From NCBI GenBank assembly GCA_007117455.1, contig SKGM01000023.1, positions 1 through 51,067 on the forward strand: 51,067 nt of DNA, read 5' to 3'. The translations under genes were made by a program, and so were the position numbers. Positions 1 through 8,612 of the stretch are shown here, piece after piece; positions within the stretch are counted from its first letter, which is position 1, and the number at the start of each line of letters is the position of its first letter. This stretch comes from Candidatus Methanomethylophilaceae archaeon (GTDB lineage: Archaea > Thermoplasmatota > Thermoplasmata > Methanomassiliicoccales > Methanomethylophilaceae). Under the pieces are notes generated by a model, which worked only from the letters and a program-made list of their open reading frames with translations, was not told the DNA's origin and did not search any database.

Positions 1-374
1 CAGGTTTCACCTTGGTTGTGTCCCGTCTTACGACGACACATTGTTATGGTACATCATCGAACGTCAGAAACAAGAGGGCACGCCTTGATGAGGCGGAGAT
101 CTTGCTTCTCCATATCTTCCGCGTCCAGATGTCTGCAATTCCCCGGTAATCCGGGGCGCCTCACACTTGACGCAATCCTCCGAACATTGATGTTATACTT
201 AAATGTTTCGGGGGTGCTCCTCCCTTATCAGCAAGAGCCTCACTATGTGCCCTTGTCGATATTTAAACGTTTGTGGTTTGACCGGAAATATGTAGGTTTC
301 AAACCGATAGAGGCCGAGGTCGTTTACCAAATGGCTCAAGGTTGCTTACCCGGGGATCCAACTGGTTAGGTGTA

Positions 375-388
375 CAAAGATTTAATTA
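375..388 (+). promoter_or_regulatory. candidate archaeal BRE/TATA promoter for tRNA-Ser
   Basis: TTTAATTA at 381-388, preceded by purine-rich CAAAGA. The box ends 25 nt before the tRNA 5' end, which matches archaeal TATA-to-start spacing. Confidence 0.45.
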
Positions 389-412
389 CAGTATCCCTTT
401 TCCACAAACACT

Positions 413-499
413 GCGGAGATAGCCCAGCCTGGTAAGGCGATAGACTGCTAATCTATTGTCCGCAAGGACTCGGGGGTTCAAATCCCCCTCTCCGCGCCA
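413..499 (+). tRNA. tRNA-Ser (anticodon GCT), CCA encoded
   Basis: Cloverleaf folded by eye. Acceptor GCGGAGA (413-419) pairs with TCTCCGC (489-495). 3-bp D stem GCC/GGC. Anticodon stem ATAGA/TCTAT with loop CTGCTAA (GCT at 447-449). Long variable arm with GTCC/GGAC stem (class II tRNA). T arm GGGGG-TTCAAAT-CCCCC. Discriminator G496, CCA at 497-499. Confidence 0.9.
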
Positions 500-1362
500 C
501 ACAAATTCTTCTTGGCACCCCCGGATTACAATAATCCAGGGTCCGACCTCACAATTCCATAACCATTCTCAGACTGTAGCCGGGACTTTGGAACAGACCG
601 GTCATTTTCTGAATCAAGATCTTCCTTTCTCCATGTGTAATGCTCTGAGATTCACTTTTTTCAATCCTTTTCTGTAAAGCTGTCTGTGAAGCCTCGTTGC
701 TCATTCGACCTTCTGATCCACACCCATGGTCATCATTAATGCCCCGACCCTAGCAGGCTTTCTATGACCGCACTCTGCATATACAAATAATTATCACGCA
801 CACGGTTGCCAAAACATTGGTGGCGTTCTCTCATAGTTCATTTTTCATAGGTGAAGTGATTCTCTGCTTCCAGAATATATTGAATTCAATTGGTAAGCGG
901 CACATAGGTCCATTCTCTTTTGCCTGAAGGGGGTGTCACAACGATGACCAACATCTTCCTGGGATTATTCCATAATTGACATATCAAGGAGCCTAACAAA
1001 CGGAAACTATGCGGGATCGTCCGGAAACTAAAAGGAAGCAATAGATCCTAAAGGTTCAAGAGATGACAAGTCACTGGAATATCGAATCCCAACGTACCCT
1101 GCATCTCCAGTGGCTTGAGGGCATCTTTATGGCTTCGAAGCAAACGATATTGAATGTCTCATCCAATATCAGAAATTATCACCTCATAAACAGCTCTTGA
1201 AGCATCGTTTCACCTCCACCTTCGGCTAATCTATACGGCTGATTGTTCATCATGCCCTGGTTTGAATCTAAGGTGCTGTTACCGTCCCCTTAGTATCTGG
1301 TCACCGTGCTGATTGGAGGATATGAAAGATTAATGTATTAACAACTGATATGCGACCTTGCC

Positions 1363-2004
1363 ATGAGATTCCTAGTCATCTCTGACGTACATGCTAAGAA
1401 GGACGCCATAGAGGCGACGAAAGAAAGGATTGAGCGTTACGAGGCCGAAGCGGTCCTGGTGCTCGGTGACATAACCCATTTCGGACCTGCCACCTGGGCG
1501 GCCGACTTCATCGGAGCCCTCGATGTCGATGTCTATGCCATTCCGGGCAACTGTGACCCGCCTGAGATACTCGAGGCCATAGCTGAATCAGGCATATCCA
1601 TGCACGGTGAGGTCCGGGAGATAGGGGGAGTGGTCTTCGCAGGCCTAGGAGGGTCGAATCCCACCATCTTCGAGACCCCGTTCGAGTTGGATGAGGAGGA
1701 TATTAAGACCATCCTCGACCCGATCGCCGAAGATGCAATGGTATTGATGCTCCACACCCCGCCCTACGGCAGGAATGATGAGATCCCCTCTGGCATCAGC
1801 GTGGGCAGTCATTCCATCCGTGAGATAGTAGACAAGCACCGCCCTCTTCTGGTTTTGGCGGGTCATGTGCATGAGGCACGCGGCGTCACCGAGGAGGATG
1901 GGATAATATTCATGAATCCGGGTCCAGCACGTGACGGTTATGCGGCTATCCTGGATATCGATGAGGATGATATTTCGATAAAGCTCCTCGGCCCACAGGA
2001 CTGA
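1363..2004 (+). CDS. metallophosphoesterase (calcineurin-like, YfcE/MJ0936-type)
   Basis: 213 aa. Ordered phosphoesterase motifs ISDVHA, GDITHFG, GNCD, HTPPYG, GHVHE. Confidence 0.85.
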   Translation: MRFLVISDVHAKKDAIEATKERIERYEAEAVLVLGDITHFGPATWAADFIGALDVDVYAIPGNCDPPEILEAIAESGISMHGEVREIGGVVFAGLGGSNPTIFETPFELDEEDIKTILDPIAEDAMVLMLHTPPYGRNDEIPSGISVGSHSIREIVDKHRPLLVLAGHVHEARGVTEEDGIIFMNPGPARDGYAAILDIDEDDISIKLLGPQD

Positions 2005-2013
2005 ATTCCAGGA

Positions 2014-2019
2014 TTTTTT
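2014..2019 (+). terminator. oligo-T tract, candidate archaeal terminator
   Basis: T6 run 10 nt after the TGA stop at 2002-2004. Confidence 0.35.
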
Positions 2020-2073
2020 GTTCGAAAGATGAGTAAATGTCTCTGGACTGTCATATCTGAGAGGTGGAAAGGG

Positions 2074-2089
2074 GAAAAACGTTTTATAC
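2074..2089 (+). promoter_or_regulatory. candidate BRE/TATA promoter of the S8e-SRP19 unit
   Basis: GAAAAAC followed by TTTTATAC (2082-2089), about 31-38 nt upstream of the ATG at 2120. GGAG at 2111-2114 could serve as a Shine-Dalgarno. Confidence 0.45.
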
Positions 2090-2119
2090 ACCCCTTTGAT
2101 TAGCACCACAGGAGTAGAC

Positions 2120-2500
2120 ATGGCACTTTGGCAGGGTAAGTCTAAGAGGAAGCCGTCCGGCGGACGTTTGAAACTCAGCCGTGGCAAGAGAAAGTTCGAG
2201 ATCGGAAGAGAGAAACAGTTCACCAAGGTCGGCCCCTTGACCCTTAAGAAATATAGGACCAAAGGCGCCAACACCAAGATGAGGATGCTCTCGGCGGACT
2301 ATGCCAACGTTATGGACCGTAAGACCAATCAGGTCACCAAGGCCAAGATCATCAACGTTAAGAGCAACCCCGCCAACCCCAACTACGTCCAGCGCAACAT
2401 CATCAACAAGGGAACCACCATCGAGACCGATATCGGTGAAGCGGTGGTGACCTCCAGGCCCGGTCAGAGCGGGGCTGTCGATGCTGTGCTGGTAGAGTGA
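2120..2500 (+). CDS. rps8e: 30S ribosomal protein S8e
   Basis: MALWQGKSKRKPSGGR... N-terminus and length typical of eS8. I chose the ATG at 2120 inside the longer ORF 2096-2500. Confidence 0.93.
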   Translation: MALWQGKSKRKPSGGRLKLSRGKRKFEIGREKQFTKVGPLTLKKYRTKGANTKMRMLSADYANVMDRKTNQVTKAKIINVKSNPANPNYVQRNIINKGTTIETDIGEAVVTSRPGQSGAVDAVLVE

Positions 2501-2534
2501 AGCGCAGCGATAGCAGCGCTCTATCCATCGTTCC

Positions 2535-2825
2535 ATGACCTACGACGAAGACACCGCCTGGGTCCTGTGGCCGGAATATTTCGATAAGAACAGGTCCAGG
2601 GCCCAGGGGCGGAAGGTCAATCGTCGGATTGCGGTCCATGATCCCGATCTCGACATGCTCGAGCATGCGGTCGGTGAACTCGGGCTTGAATACAGGGTGG
2701 AGAAGGAAAAACTCTATCCTGGCAATTGGCATTCCTCAAAGGGCAGGATAAGGGTGGAAAGGGTTTCATCAAAAACCGAACTGCTGGAGAAGGTCGCCAG
2801 ATTATTGCGTTCTCAGCGGTCCTGA
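2535..2825 (+). CDS. srp19: signal recognition particle protein SRP19
   Basis: 96 aa. The WPEYFD...R..GR.V signature and size match archaeal SRP19. Confidence 0.88.
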   Translation: MTYDEDTAWVLWPEYFDKNRSRAQGRKVNRRIAVHDPDLDMLEHAVGELGLEYRVEKEKLYPGNWHSSKGRIRVERVSSKTELLEKVARLLRSQRS

Positions 2826-3103
2826 GGCGTCTCAACCTCTTCTACGAGCAACTTACCGGATGATACCGAATCGATTGAGTGCACCACAGCCCCGGTCTGG
2901 GCTATGGCGTCGGTGACCGATTCGTAATCTATTCCGTTACCCTCGATCGTGATCTTGATTTTCTGAGTCTCCTGGTCAACCTCCCACACCGTGCAGTTGA
3001 CGCCCATCACCCCTTTCGCCACCGAAAGCTTGTCAGCCATCTCGATGATCGAAGGGTGATGTGGTTTCAGGACATCCAGTACGAGTCTTCTTATCTCATT
3101 CAA
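2813..3103 (-). CDS. DUF211 family protein
   Basis: 96 aa. LDVLKPHHPS ... ITIEG..IDYESV...I...GAVVHSIDSV pattern of the archaeal DUF211 (MTH889-like) family. Confidence 0.75.
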   Translation of the reverse strand: MNEIRRLVLDVLKPHHPSIIEMADKLSVAKGVMGVNCTVWEVDQETQKIKITIEGNGIDYESVTDAIAQTGAVVHSIDSVSSGKLLVEEVETPQDR

Positions 3104-3198
3104 TCAGATTCCTCATCATTTCTAATGCTGTTGGAGGTATATAGAATTGTCCAGCTGATGCGAAAAGGCTTATCTTTACTCCCATCCATGGAAGAGGC

Positions 3199-4638
3199 AT
3201 GCTACCCGTCTCCGAGTTCCGCATACTCGACATCAACTCCGCTTACTGGGGCGTTTCAACTGACGCGCTCATGGAACAAGCAGGTTGCGCCGTGGCGGAC
3301 CTGGTGATGGACAGGTATCCGACGGATGGCAGGGTGGCGGTCGTCTGCGGATCGGGCAACAATGGCGGGGACGGATTCGTTGCCGCGAGGCATCTCATCC
3401 CCTACAAAGATGTCGATGTCGTCCTAGTGAAGCCGGCCCAGACCATCCGTACAGAGGCTGCCCGCCGGAACTACTCCCTTGTGGAGGATAATTCCATCCT
3501 GATTGATGACACCTCCCTTGATGAGTACTCGTTGGTGATAGATTCCGTACTCGGACTGGGCGTCAGTGGCAGATTGAGGGAACCGTTCCTATCCACCGTT
3601 GAGGCCATCTCTTCTTTCGTTGGCCCGATAGTCTCTGTCGATTGTCCCTCCGGCATGGGGGCGGATGTCGCCGTGTTCCCTGATCTGACGATAACATTCC
3701 ATGATGTGAAAGAGGGGATGGGCGAGCACAACTGCGGCGAGATCGTAGTGGCCGACATCGGGATACCGTATGAGGCGGGGGCATTCACCGGACCTGGAGA
3801 GGCGCAGCTCTATCCCATTCCTGGAATCGACTCCCATAAGGGGCAGAACGGCAGGGTCCTGATCGTCGGAGGAGGTCCATATACTGGAGCCCCAGCATTG
3901 GCTGGCTTGGCATCCTATCGGACCGGGTGCGACCTGGTCCACATATCCACTCCAAGGTCCAGTTGCCCTGCGGTCTCATCTTATTCCCCGATGCTGCTGA
4001 CCCATTGCCTGGAAGGGGATATCCTGGATGGGACGCATACCCGACACATATTGGACATAGTCCCCGACGTCGATACCGTCCTTATAGGTCCGGGCCTGGG
4101 CCGAGCCGAGGTGACTCTGGAGGCCATCGGCGATATCCTCAAGCTTATCGATATCCCCGTGGTATTGGATGCGGACGGTATAACCGCTTACGGCCTGTTA
4201 GACGAACCTCCGACCCTGGACAATCTCGTGCTCACACCGCATGCCCGTGAGATGGAGAGCCTTACTGGAGAGGCCTGTCCATCCGATTTGGATGAACGTG
4301 CCCAACAGGTGCTCAGGACCGCCGCCAGCTTGGATGCCACCATACTGCTCAAGGGCACGGTGGATATGATCAGTGATGGTCGCAGATTGAAGATGAATCG
4401 GAGCGGCAACAGCGCCATGACCGTGGGCGGTACCGGCGATGTGTTGGCCGGAGCCGTTGCAGGGTTGATGTCCAAAGGCCTGAGTCCCTTTGACTCCGCC
4501 CGTCTGGCTTCGTATCTGAACGGAAGCGCGGGAGAGATGGCTTTCTTGGAACAAGGTTACGGAATGATGGCGACTGACATACTGGACCGCCTCGGTCCAT
4601 CTTTGATGTCCGCCCTTGAATACGGCAGGGGAATATGA
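3199..4638 (+). CDS. nnr: bifunctional NAD(P)H-hydrate repair enzyme Nnr (epimerase/ADP-dependent dehydratase)
   Basis: 479 aa. N-terminal YjeF_N motif GSGNNGGDG. C-terminal carbohydrate-kinase part with GGTGDVLAG. Confidence 0.9.
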   Translation: MLPVSEFRILDINSAYWGVSTDALMEQAGCAVADLVMDRYPTDGRVAVVCGSGNNGGDGFVAARHLIPYKDVDVVLVKPAQTIRTEAARRNYSLVEDNSILIDDTSLDEYSLVIDSVLGLGVSGRLREPFLSTVEAISSFVGPIVSVDCPSGMGADVAVFPDLTITFHDVKEGMGEHNCGEIVVADIGIPYEAGAFTGPGEAQLYPIPGIDSHKGQNGRVLIVGGGPYTGAPALAGLASYRTGCDLVHISTPRSSCPAVSSYSPMLLTHCLEGDILDGTHTRHILDIVPDVDTVLIGPGLGRAEVTLEAIGDILKLIDIPVVLDADGITAYGLLDEPPTLDNLVLTPHAREMESLTGEACPSDLDERAQQVLRTAASLDATILLKGTVDMISDGRRLKMNRSGNSAMTVGGTGDVLAGAVAGLMSKGLSPFDSARLASYLNGSAGEMAFLEQGYGMMATDILDRLGPSLMSALEYGRGI

Positions 4639-5396
4639 GGATCCTACCTCTGCACGGCCGTCCGATGCTCCACCTATCCGGTGCTGAGGAAGTTCTCGTG
4701 GTGGCGGATCTGCACATCGGCCTCGAGGCCCACCTCTCATGGAAAGGATTCCATATGCCGTCACAGACCAACCGGATGAGGTCCGATATCATCAAGGCCG
4801 CCGAGGGTATGGATGCGCTCATAGTGCTGGGCGATGTGAAACATCGTGTTCCAGGTAGTACCCGGCAGGAACACCGGGAGATCCCTCCGTTCTTCGAAGC
4901 CCTTCTCGACGCCTTCGGACGGGTGGAGGTCGTCCGGGGCAACCATGATGTCAGCCTGGAGGAGTTCCTCCCTGACGAAGTGGTCATCCATCCGGCCAGC
5001 GGCCTCCTCATGGACGGAATCGGTCTGATGCATGGCCACACCATCCCTTCACCGAGACTTTCTTCCTGCCGGACGTGGATTTGTGCTCACAACCATTCCC
5101 GGATATCGTTCCCAGGCCCCCAGGGTTCGGGCCCGACCGAGCCTTGTTGGATGAGGATCCCCTTCAGAAAGCCGGAGGAGCGTCCTGAGGAACTGGTGGT
5201 CATGCCGGCTTTCAACCCTAATCTAGGCGGTTCCCCGGTGAACATAGAGGGCGAGGGTCTGCTCGGCCCGGTCCTCAACAGTCCGCTTCTGGATGTCGAT
5301 AGATGCCGCATACACCTGCTGGACGGTGCGGATATGGGCCTGTTGAGGGATCTGATGGTGCCAGGCAGGATATATAGAAAAAGAAAGTTGTTGTGA
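4635..5396 (+). CDS. metallophosphoesterase (MJ0037/ICC-like, TIGR00024-type)
   Basis: 253 aa. Motifs ADLHIG, GDVKH, GNHD, MHGH. ATGA overlap with the nnr stop. Confidence 0.75.
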   Translation: MRILPLHGRPMLHLSGAEEVLVVADLHIGLEAHLSWKGFHMPSQTNRMRSDIIKAAEGMDALIVLGDVKHRVPGSTRQEHREIPPFFEALLDAFGRVEVVRGNHDVSLEEFLPDEVVIHPASGLLMDGIGLMHGHTIPSPRLSSCRTWICAHNHSRISFPGPQGSGPTEPCWMRIPFRKPEERPEELVVMPAFNPNLGGSPVNIEGEGLLGPVLNSPLLDVDRCRIHLLDGADMGLLRDLMVPGRIYRKRKLL

Positions 5397-5414
5397 AAGG
5401 GTTTGGTTTCAGGC

Positions 5415-6932
5415 TCAGTTGCGGGAGATGGTCTTGTAGATATCTCCGTCAGCATCCCTGATGACCGCCTTGAGGGGCATCTGACCCGGCAGACTGTGCG
5501 TGGCACAGGAGTTGCAGGGGTCGTAGCACCGGAAGGCCATCTCCACCATGTTCAACAGACCAGGTGACACCATTCCGTCCTTGATCAAGGCCTTGGCGGC
5601 CTTGGCGACGCTGATGTTCATCGGACCGTTGTTGTTGGTGGTACCGACAACGAGGTTGCAGTCGGTCACTATGCCGTTCTCGTCGCTGACATAGTGGTGG
5701 GTCAGGGTACCGCGTGGGGCCTCGACACAGCCGATACCGACGCCTCCAGGGGAGATGTCGCGCTGCTTGATGTCGCCAGTGGTCAGGTCGGGGTTGGAGG
5801 CCACCTCGAGACAGAGCTCGGCGGCATACAGCAACTCGATGACCCTTGCCCAATGGGTTGCCAAGGTGAAGTTCACCGGGCCCTCGACACCGAGGCTCTT
5901 GAAGAGTCCGAAGAACTTCTCGTACTCCTCCTGGGCCAGTGGCGTCTTCATGCCATCGGCGGCGTTCAACCTGCTGAGGGGAGTGGCATGGTACATGCCG
6001 CTCTCCGGACCATCGGTCATACCCTTGTATCCGACGTTCTTCAGGTAGGGGAACTTCTGGTAGGACCAGGGCTCCACGGCCTCGGCGATGTTGTCGAGAT
6101 AGTCGACAGGGTCGTACTTGGCGAATTCCTTCCTCTGCTGGTCGACGACCCTGACCGGGCCGTCATGGAACTCCACCTTGTTGTCCTTGTTGACCATGCC
6201 CATGTAGTAGGTCTCGGAGTAGAAGATGTCCGGGTTGGCGATGATGTCCACGTAATCCTTGTTTTCCAGGACGACATCGTTGAACACCTTCAGAGTGGTC
6301 TGACCGAAGTTGACCAGGTATTCGGACATCTCGATGATCTCCTTCTGCTCCTCCTTGCTGATGGGCTTGGAGACGCCACCGGGCACACCCATCACGGGGT
6401 GTGTTGCCTTACCGCCTATGATGGCCTGGATCCTCTGGGCGAGGGCCCTTGCCTTGATCACAGCGGAACCGAGCTCCAGACCGACCGCTCCCACCACGCC
6501 CAGGACATTCCTGGTGGCGGCAGGGGAGGATGGTCCGAGAACGAAGTCTGCGGATGCCAGCGCATAGAAGTGCGCTATGTGGCTGTGCACGAAGTGGGCA
6601 CCGTAGAACAGGTCCCTTATCATGAACGCGGTGTCGGTCGGCTTGGTGTTGTAACACATGTCGATGGCCTTGGTGGAGGCCATGTGGTGCGCACCGGGAC
6701 AGACTCCGCACAGTCTTGCGGTCAGCTGGTTCATCTCCGTGACGCGGCGACCGATGCAGAATCTCTCGAAACCACGCAGCTCGGGCGTCTGGAAGTAGGC
6801 GTTCTTGACGTTTCCGTCATCGTCCAGGAAGATCTCTATCTGTCCGTGACCCTCGAGACGGGTTATCGGGTCGATGGTGATCCTGTTGGACTCGCTCTTT
6901 GTAGGTTCATCCCATATGATTGGGCCTGCCAT
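5415..6932 (-). CDS. mvhA: F420-non-reducing [NiFe] hydrogenase large subunit MvhA
   Basis: 505 aa. N-terminal ITRLEGHG and RLCGVCP Ni-binding motif. C-terminal DPCNSCATH followed by a cleavable tail. Confidence 0.93.
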   Translation of the reverse strand: MAGPIIWDEPTKSESNRITIDPITRLEGHGQIEIFLDDDGNVKNAYFQTPELRGFERFCIGRRVTEMNQLTARLCGVCPGAHHMASTKAIDMCYNTKPTDTAFMIRDLFYGAHFVHSHIAHFYALASADFVLGPSSPAATRNVLGVVGAVGLELGSAVIKARALAQRIQAIIGGKATHPVMGVPGGVSKPISKEEQKEIIEMSEYLVNFGQTTLKVFNDVVLENKDYVDIIANPDIFYSETYYMGMVNKDNKVEFHDGPVRVVDQQRKEFAKYDPVDYLDNIAEAVEPWSYQKFPYLKNVGYKGMTDGPESGMYHATPLSRLNAADGMKTPLAQEEYEKFFGLFKSLGVEGPVNFTLATHWARVIELLYAAELCLEVASNPDLTTGDIKQRDISPGGVGIGCVEAPRGTLTHHYVSDENGIVTDCNLVVGTTNNNGPMNISVAKAAKALIKDGMVSPGLLNMVEMAFRCYDPCNSCATHSLPGQMPLKAVIRDADGDIYKTISRN

Positions 6933-6933
6933 A

Positions 6934-8190
6934 TTACTTACCCCCCTTCTCCTTAACGGCCCTCTTGATCAAGGACTTCGCCAGAGTGAACTGGTAGAAG
7001 TATCCCAGGGGATCCTTGACCTGGCTCATTATGTCGATGATAACATCCTCGTCGATCAGCGCATCGTTGTCGAGCACTGGGAAGAGTGATGCGACCGCAG
7101 TCAGCATGCTAGCGCCCTGCTCAGAGACGGCTCCGGTCGGACCGTAGCAGCCACGACAGGGTTGTCCTCCCATCGTACAGGGGGAGCCACATCCGGCGCG
7201 GGTGGCCGGTCCCATGCAGAGTATGCCCTGGTCCATGAGGCAGAGGTCGGGGTCGACATCTATCTCGTGGGGCTCCACGACCTTGGTTATCCTGCGGTTC
7301 TCCTTCTTGCGCGGACACTCCTCGCACAGGGTCTTCTCGGATGCACCGATTATCGTACCCTTGGGCGGAAGGTCAGCACCGTTGTACACATGCCCCACCA
7401 GAGCACCGAGGAGGACCTCGATGCTGGTCTGTTGTGGCGGGCAACCGGGGACGTAGTAATCTACATCGACCACATCATCTGCCGCGACCACGGTATCGTA
7501 GAGCACGGGTATGTGCAGTTCACCCTCAGGCGCCTGGTACTTCTCCTGCGGTATGACCGGGGAAGGCTGGGTGTCCTGGAACGCCTTCATGGTCGGCGTC
7601 TCGGTGTACACATACTTCTTGATCTCCTCGGTGTTGTGCAGGTTCGCGAGACCGGGCATGCCGCCCCACATGGCGCAGGCGCCATAGGACACCAGAAGGG
7701 TTGACTTCTGGCGGAGGAGCTTCAGCATATGTTCGTTCTCAGAGTTCCTGACAGCACCGTTGAACAGGGTCACGGTTATCTCCCCGTCATCAAGGGCCTC
7801 GAGGTCCTTGACCTTGCCGTCCATGGCTATGGGCCAGAAGACGATCTCGGCCATGTCGTTGACGGTGAGTATCTTCTCGCGGATGTCGAGAAGGGACACA
7901 TCGCAACCGCCGCAGCCAGCTCCCCAGTAGTGGGCGAACTTTATCTTGCCGCCCGGAGGCGGTCCAGGCAGGATCGCCTTCAGCTCAGGCGGGAAGAGGG
8001 CTTTGTCGGAGACCAACTGAGGTACAGGTGAGTCGACGATCGCCGGGGCAGCTCCCGCATCCGCTTCAGGGGCGGGTGCGGCCTCGGCGGCCGCTGGTGC
8101 TGCCGCCTCTTCGGGCTTTATGGCAGCATCTTCAATCTTGTCACCGACCTTCTTGAAGAACTTCTCTTTCAACTTACTGATGAAGGACAT
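6934..8190 (-). CDS. mvhG: [NiFe] hydrogenase small subunit MvhG with ~85-aa N-terminal extension
   Basis: 418 aa. The core from ...KIKFAHYWGAGCGGCDVSLLDI to the end aligns with MvhG, including GCPP and CRGCYGP. Its ATG at 8190 directly abuts the mvhD stop at 8191-8193. Confidence 0.88.
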   Translation of the reverse strand: MSFISKLKEKFFKKVGDKIEDAAIKPEEAAAPAAAEAAPAPEADAGAAPAIVDSPVPQLVSDKALFPPELKAILPGPPPGGKIKFAHYWGAGCGGCDVSLLDIREKILTVNDMAEIVFWPIAMDGKVKDLEALDDGEITVTLFNGAVRNSENEHMLKLLRQKSTLLVSYGACAMWGGMPGLANLHNTEEIKKYVYTETPTMKAFQDTQPSPVIPQEKYQAPEGELHIPVLYDTVVAADDVVDVDYYVPGCPPQQTSIEVLLGALVGHVYNGADLPPKGTIIGASEKTLCEECPRKKENRRITKVVEPHEIDVDPDLCLMDQGILCMGPATRAGCGSPCTMGGQPCRGCYGPTGAVSEQGASMLTAVASLFPVLDNDALIDEDVIIDIMSQVKDPLGYFYQFTLAKSLIKRAVKEKGGK

Positions 8191-8607
8191 TCACGCACCC
8201 TCCTTGATGGGGTTGGGGCCCAGACCCTTGATGTCGTCTATGAACTCCGTCATGGTCTTCTGGAACTTCTCCCCCTCGGAAGCGGAGACCCATTCCAGCT
8301 TCAACCTCTTGGGGTCGAAACCGTACTCCTCCAGCACGAAGCGGAGAAGGGCCATCCTCCTCCTGGCGCGGTAGTTGCCGCCGATGTAGTGGCAGTCCGC
8401 GGGGTGGCAGCCCAGCACTATCACGCCATCCGCTCCTTTTGCGAGAGAGCGGAGGATGTGCTCAGGGTCTACCCTTGCGGAGCACATCGTGCGGATGATG
8501 CGGAAGTTCGTTGGCATCTGCAGCCTGGCGACACCGGCGCCGTCAGCACCGGCGTAAGAGCACCAGTTGCAGCAGAAGGCTATGATTTTCGGATCGAATT
8601 CGCTCAT
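8191..8607 (-). CDS. mvhD: methyl-viologen-reducing hydrogenase delta subunit MvhD
   Basis: IAFCCNWCSYAGAD ... RVDP ... GADGVIVLGCHPADCHY motifs. ATG at 8607 with GGAGGA about 10 nt upstream. The ORF track starts at GTG 8616. Confidence 0.9.
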   Translation of the reverse strand: MSEFDPKIIAFCCNWCSYAGADGAGVARLQMPTNFRIIRTMCSARVDPEHILRSLAKGADGVIVLGCHPADCHYIGGNYRARRRMALLRFVLEEYGFDPKRLKLEWVSASEGEKFQKTMTEFIDDIKGLGPNPIKEGA

Positions 8608-8612
8608 GGATA

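Noticed and set aside
281-291. The 11-mer ACCGGAAATAT recurs at 281-291 and 11821-11831, both in intergenic regions
   Set aside because: A single shared 11-mer in a 51-kb window (both strands) is expected many times by chance, and the flanks do not extend the match convincingly.
16-369. 117-aa ORF at the left edge
   Set aside because: Non-ATG start, an Arg/Cys/Ser-rich sequence that does not look like a real protein, no family resemblance, and a location in an AT-richer non-coding-looking region.
456-677. 73-aa ORF overlapping the 3' half of tRNA-Ser
   Set aside because: It overlaps a well-folded tRNA gene, and the remainder is low-complexity. It is almost certainly spurious.
1-860. Archaeal SRP (7S) RNA, which is linked to tRNA-Ser in some methanogens
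   Set aside because: I looked on both sides of the tRNA for a GC-rich ~300-nt helix-rich segment with the helix 6/8 GNAR loops and found none. The flanks are AT-richer and lack the long complementary 5'/3' arms. A covariance-model scan would be needed to be certain.
5694-6956. 420-aa plus-strand ORF antisense to mvhA. Similar long antisense ORFs include 8937-10172 (411 aa, opposite hdrA), 13301-14356 (351 aa, opposite psmA/sdo1), 17914-18720 (268 aa), 25435-26325 (296 aa) and 37042-37857 (271 aa).
   Set aside because: These are shadow ORFs typical of GC-rich coding DNA. They fully overlap genes with clear family signatures. Their translations are low-complexity (Gly/Arg/Val/Asp/His-rich) with no recognisable motifs.
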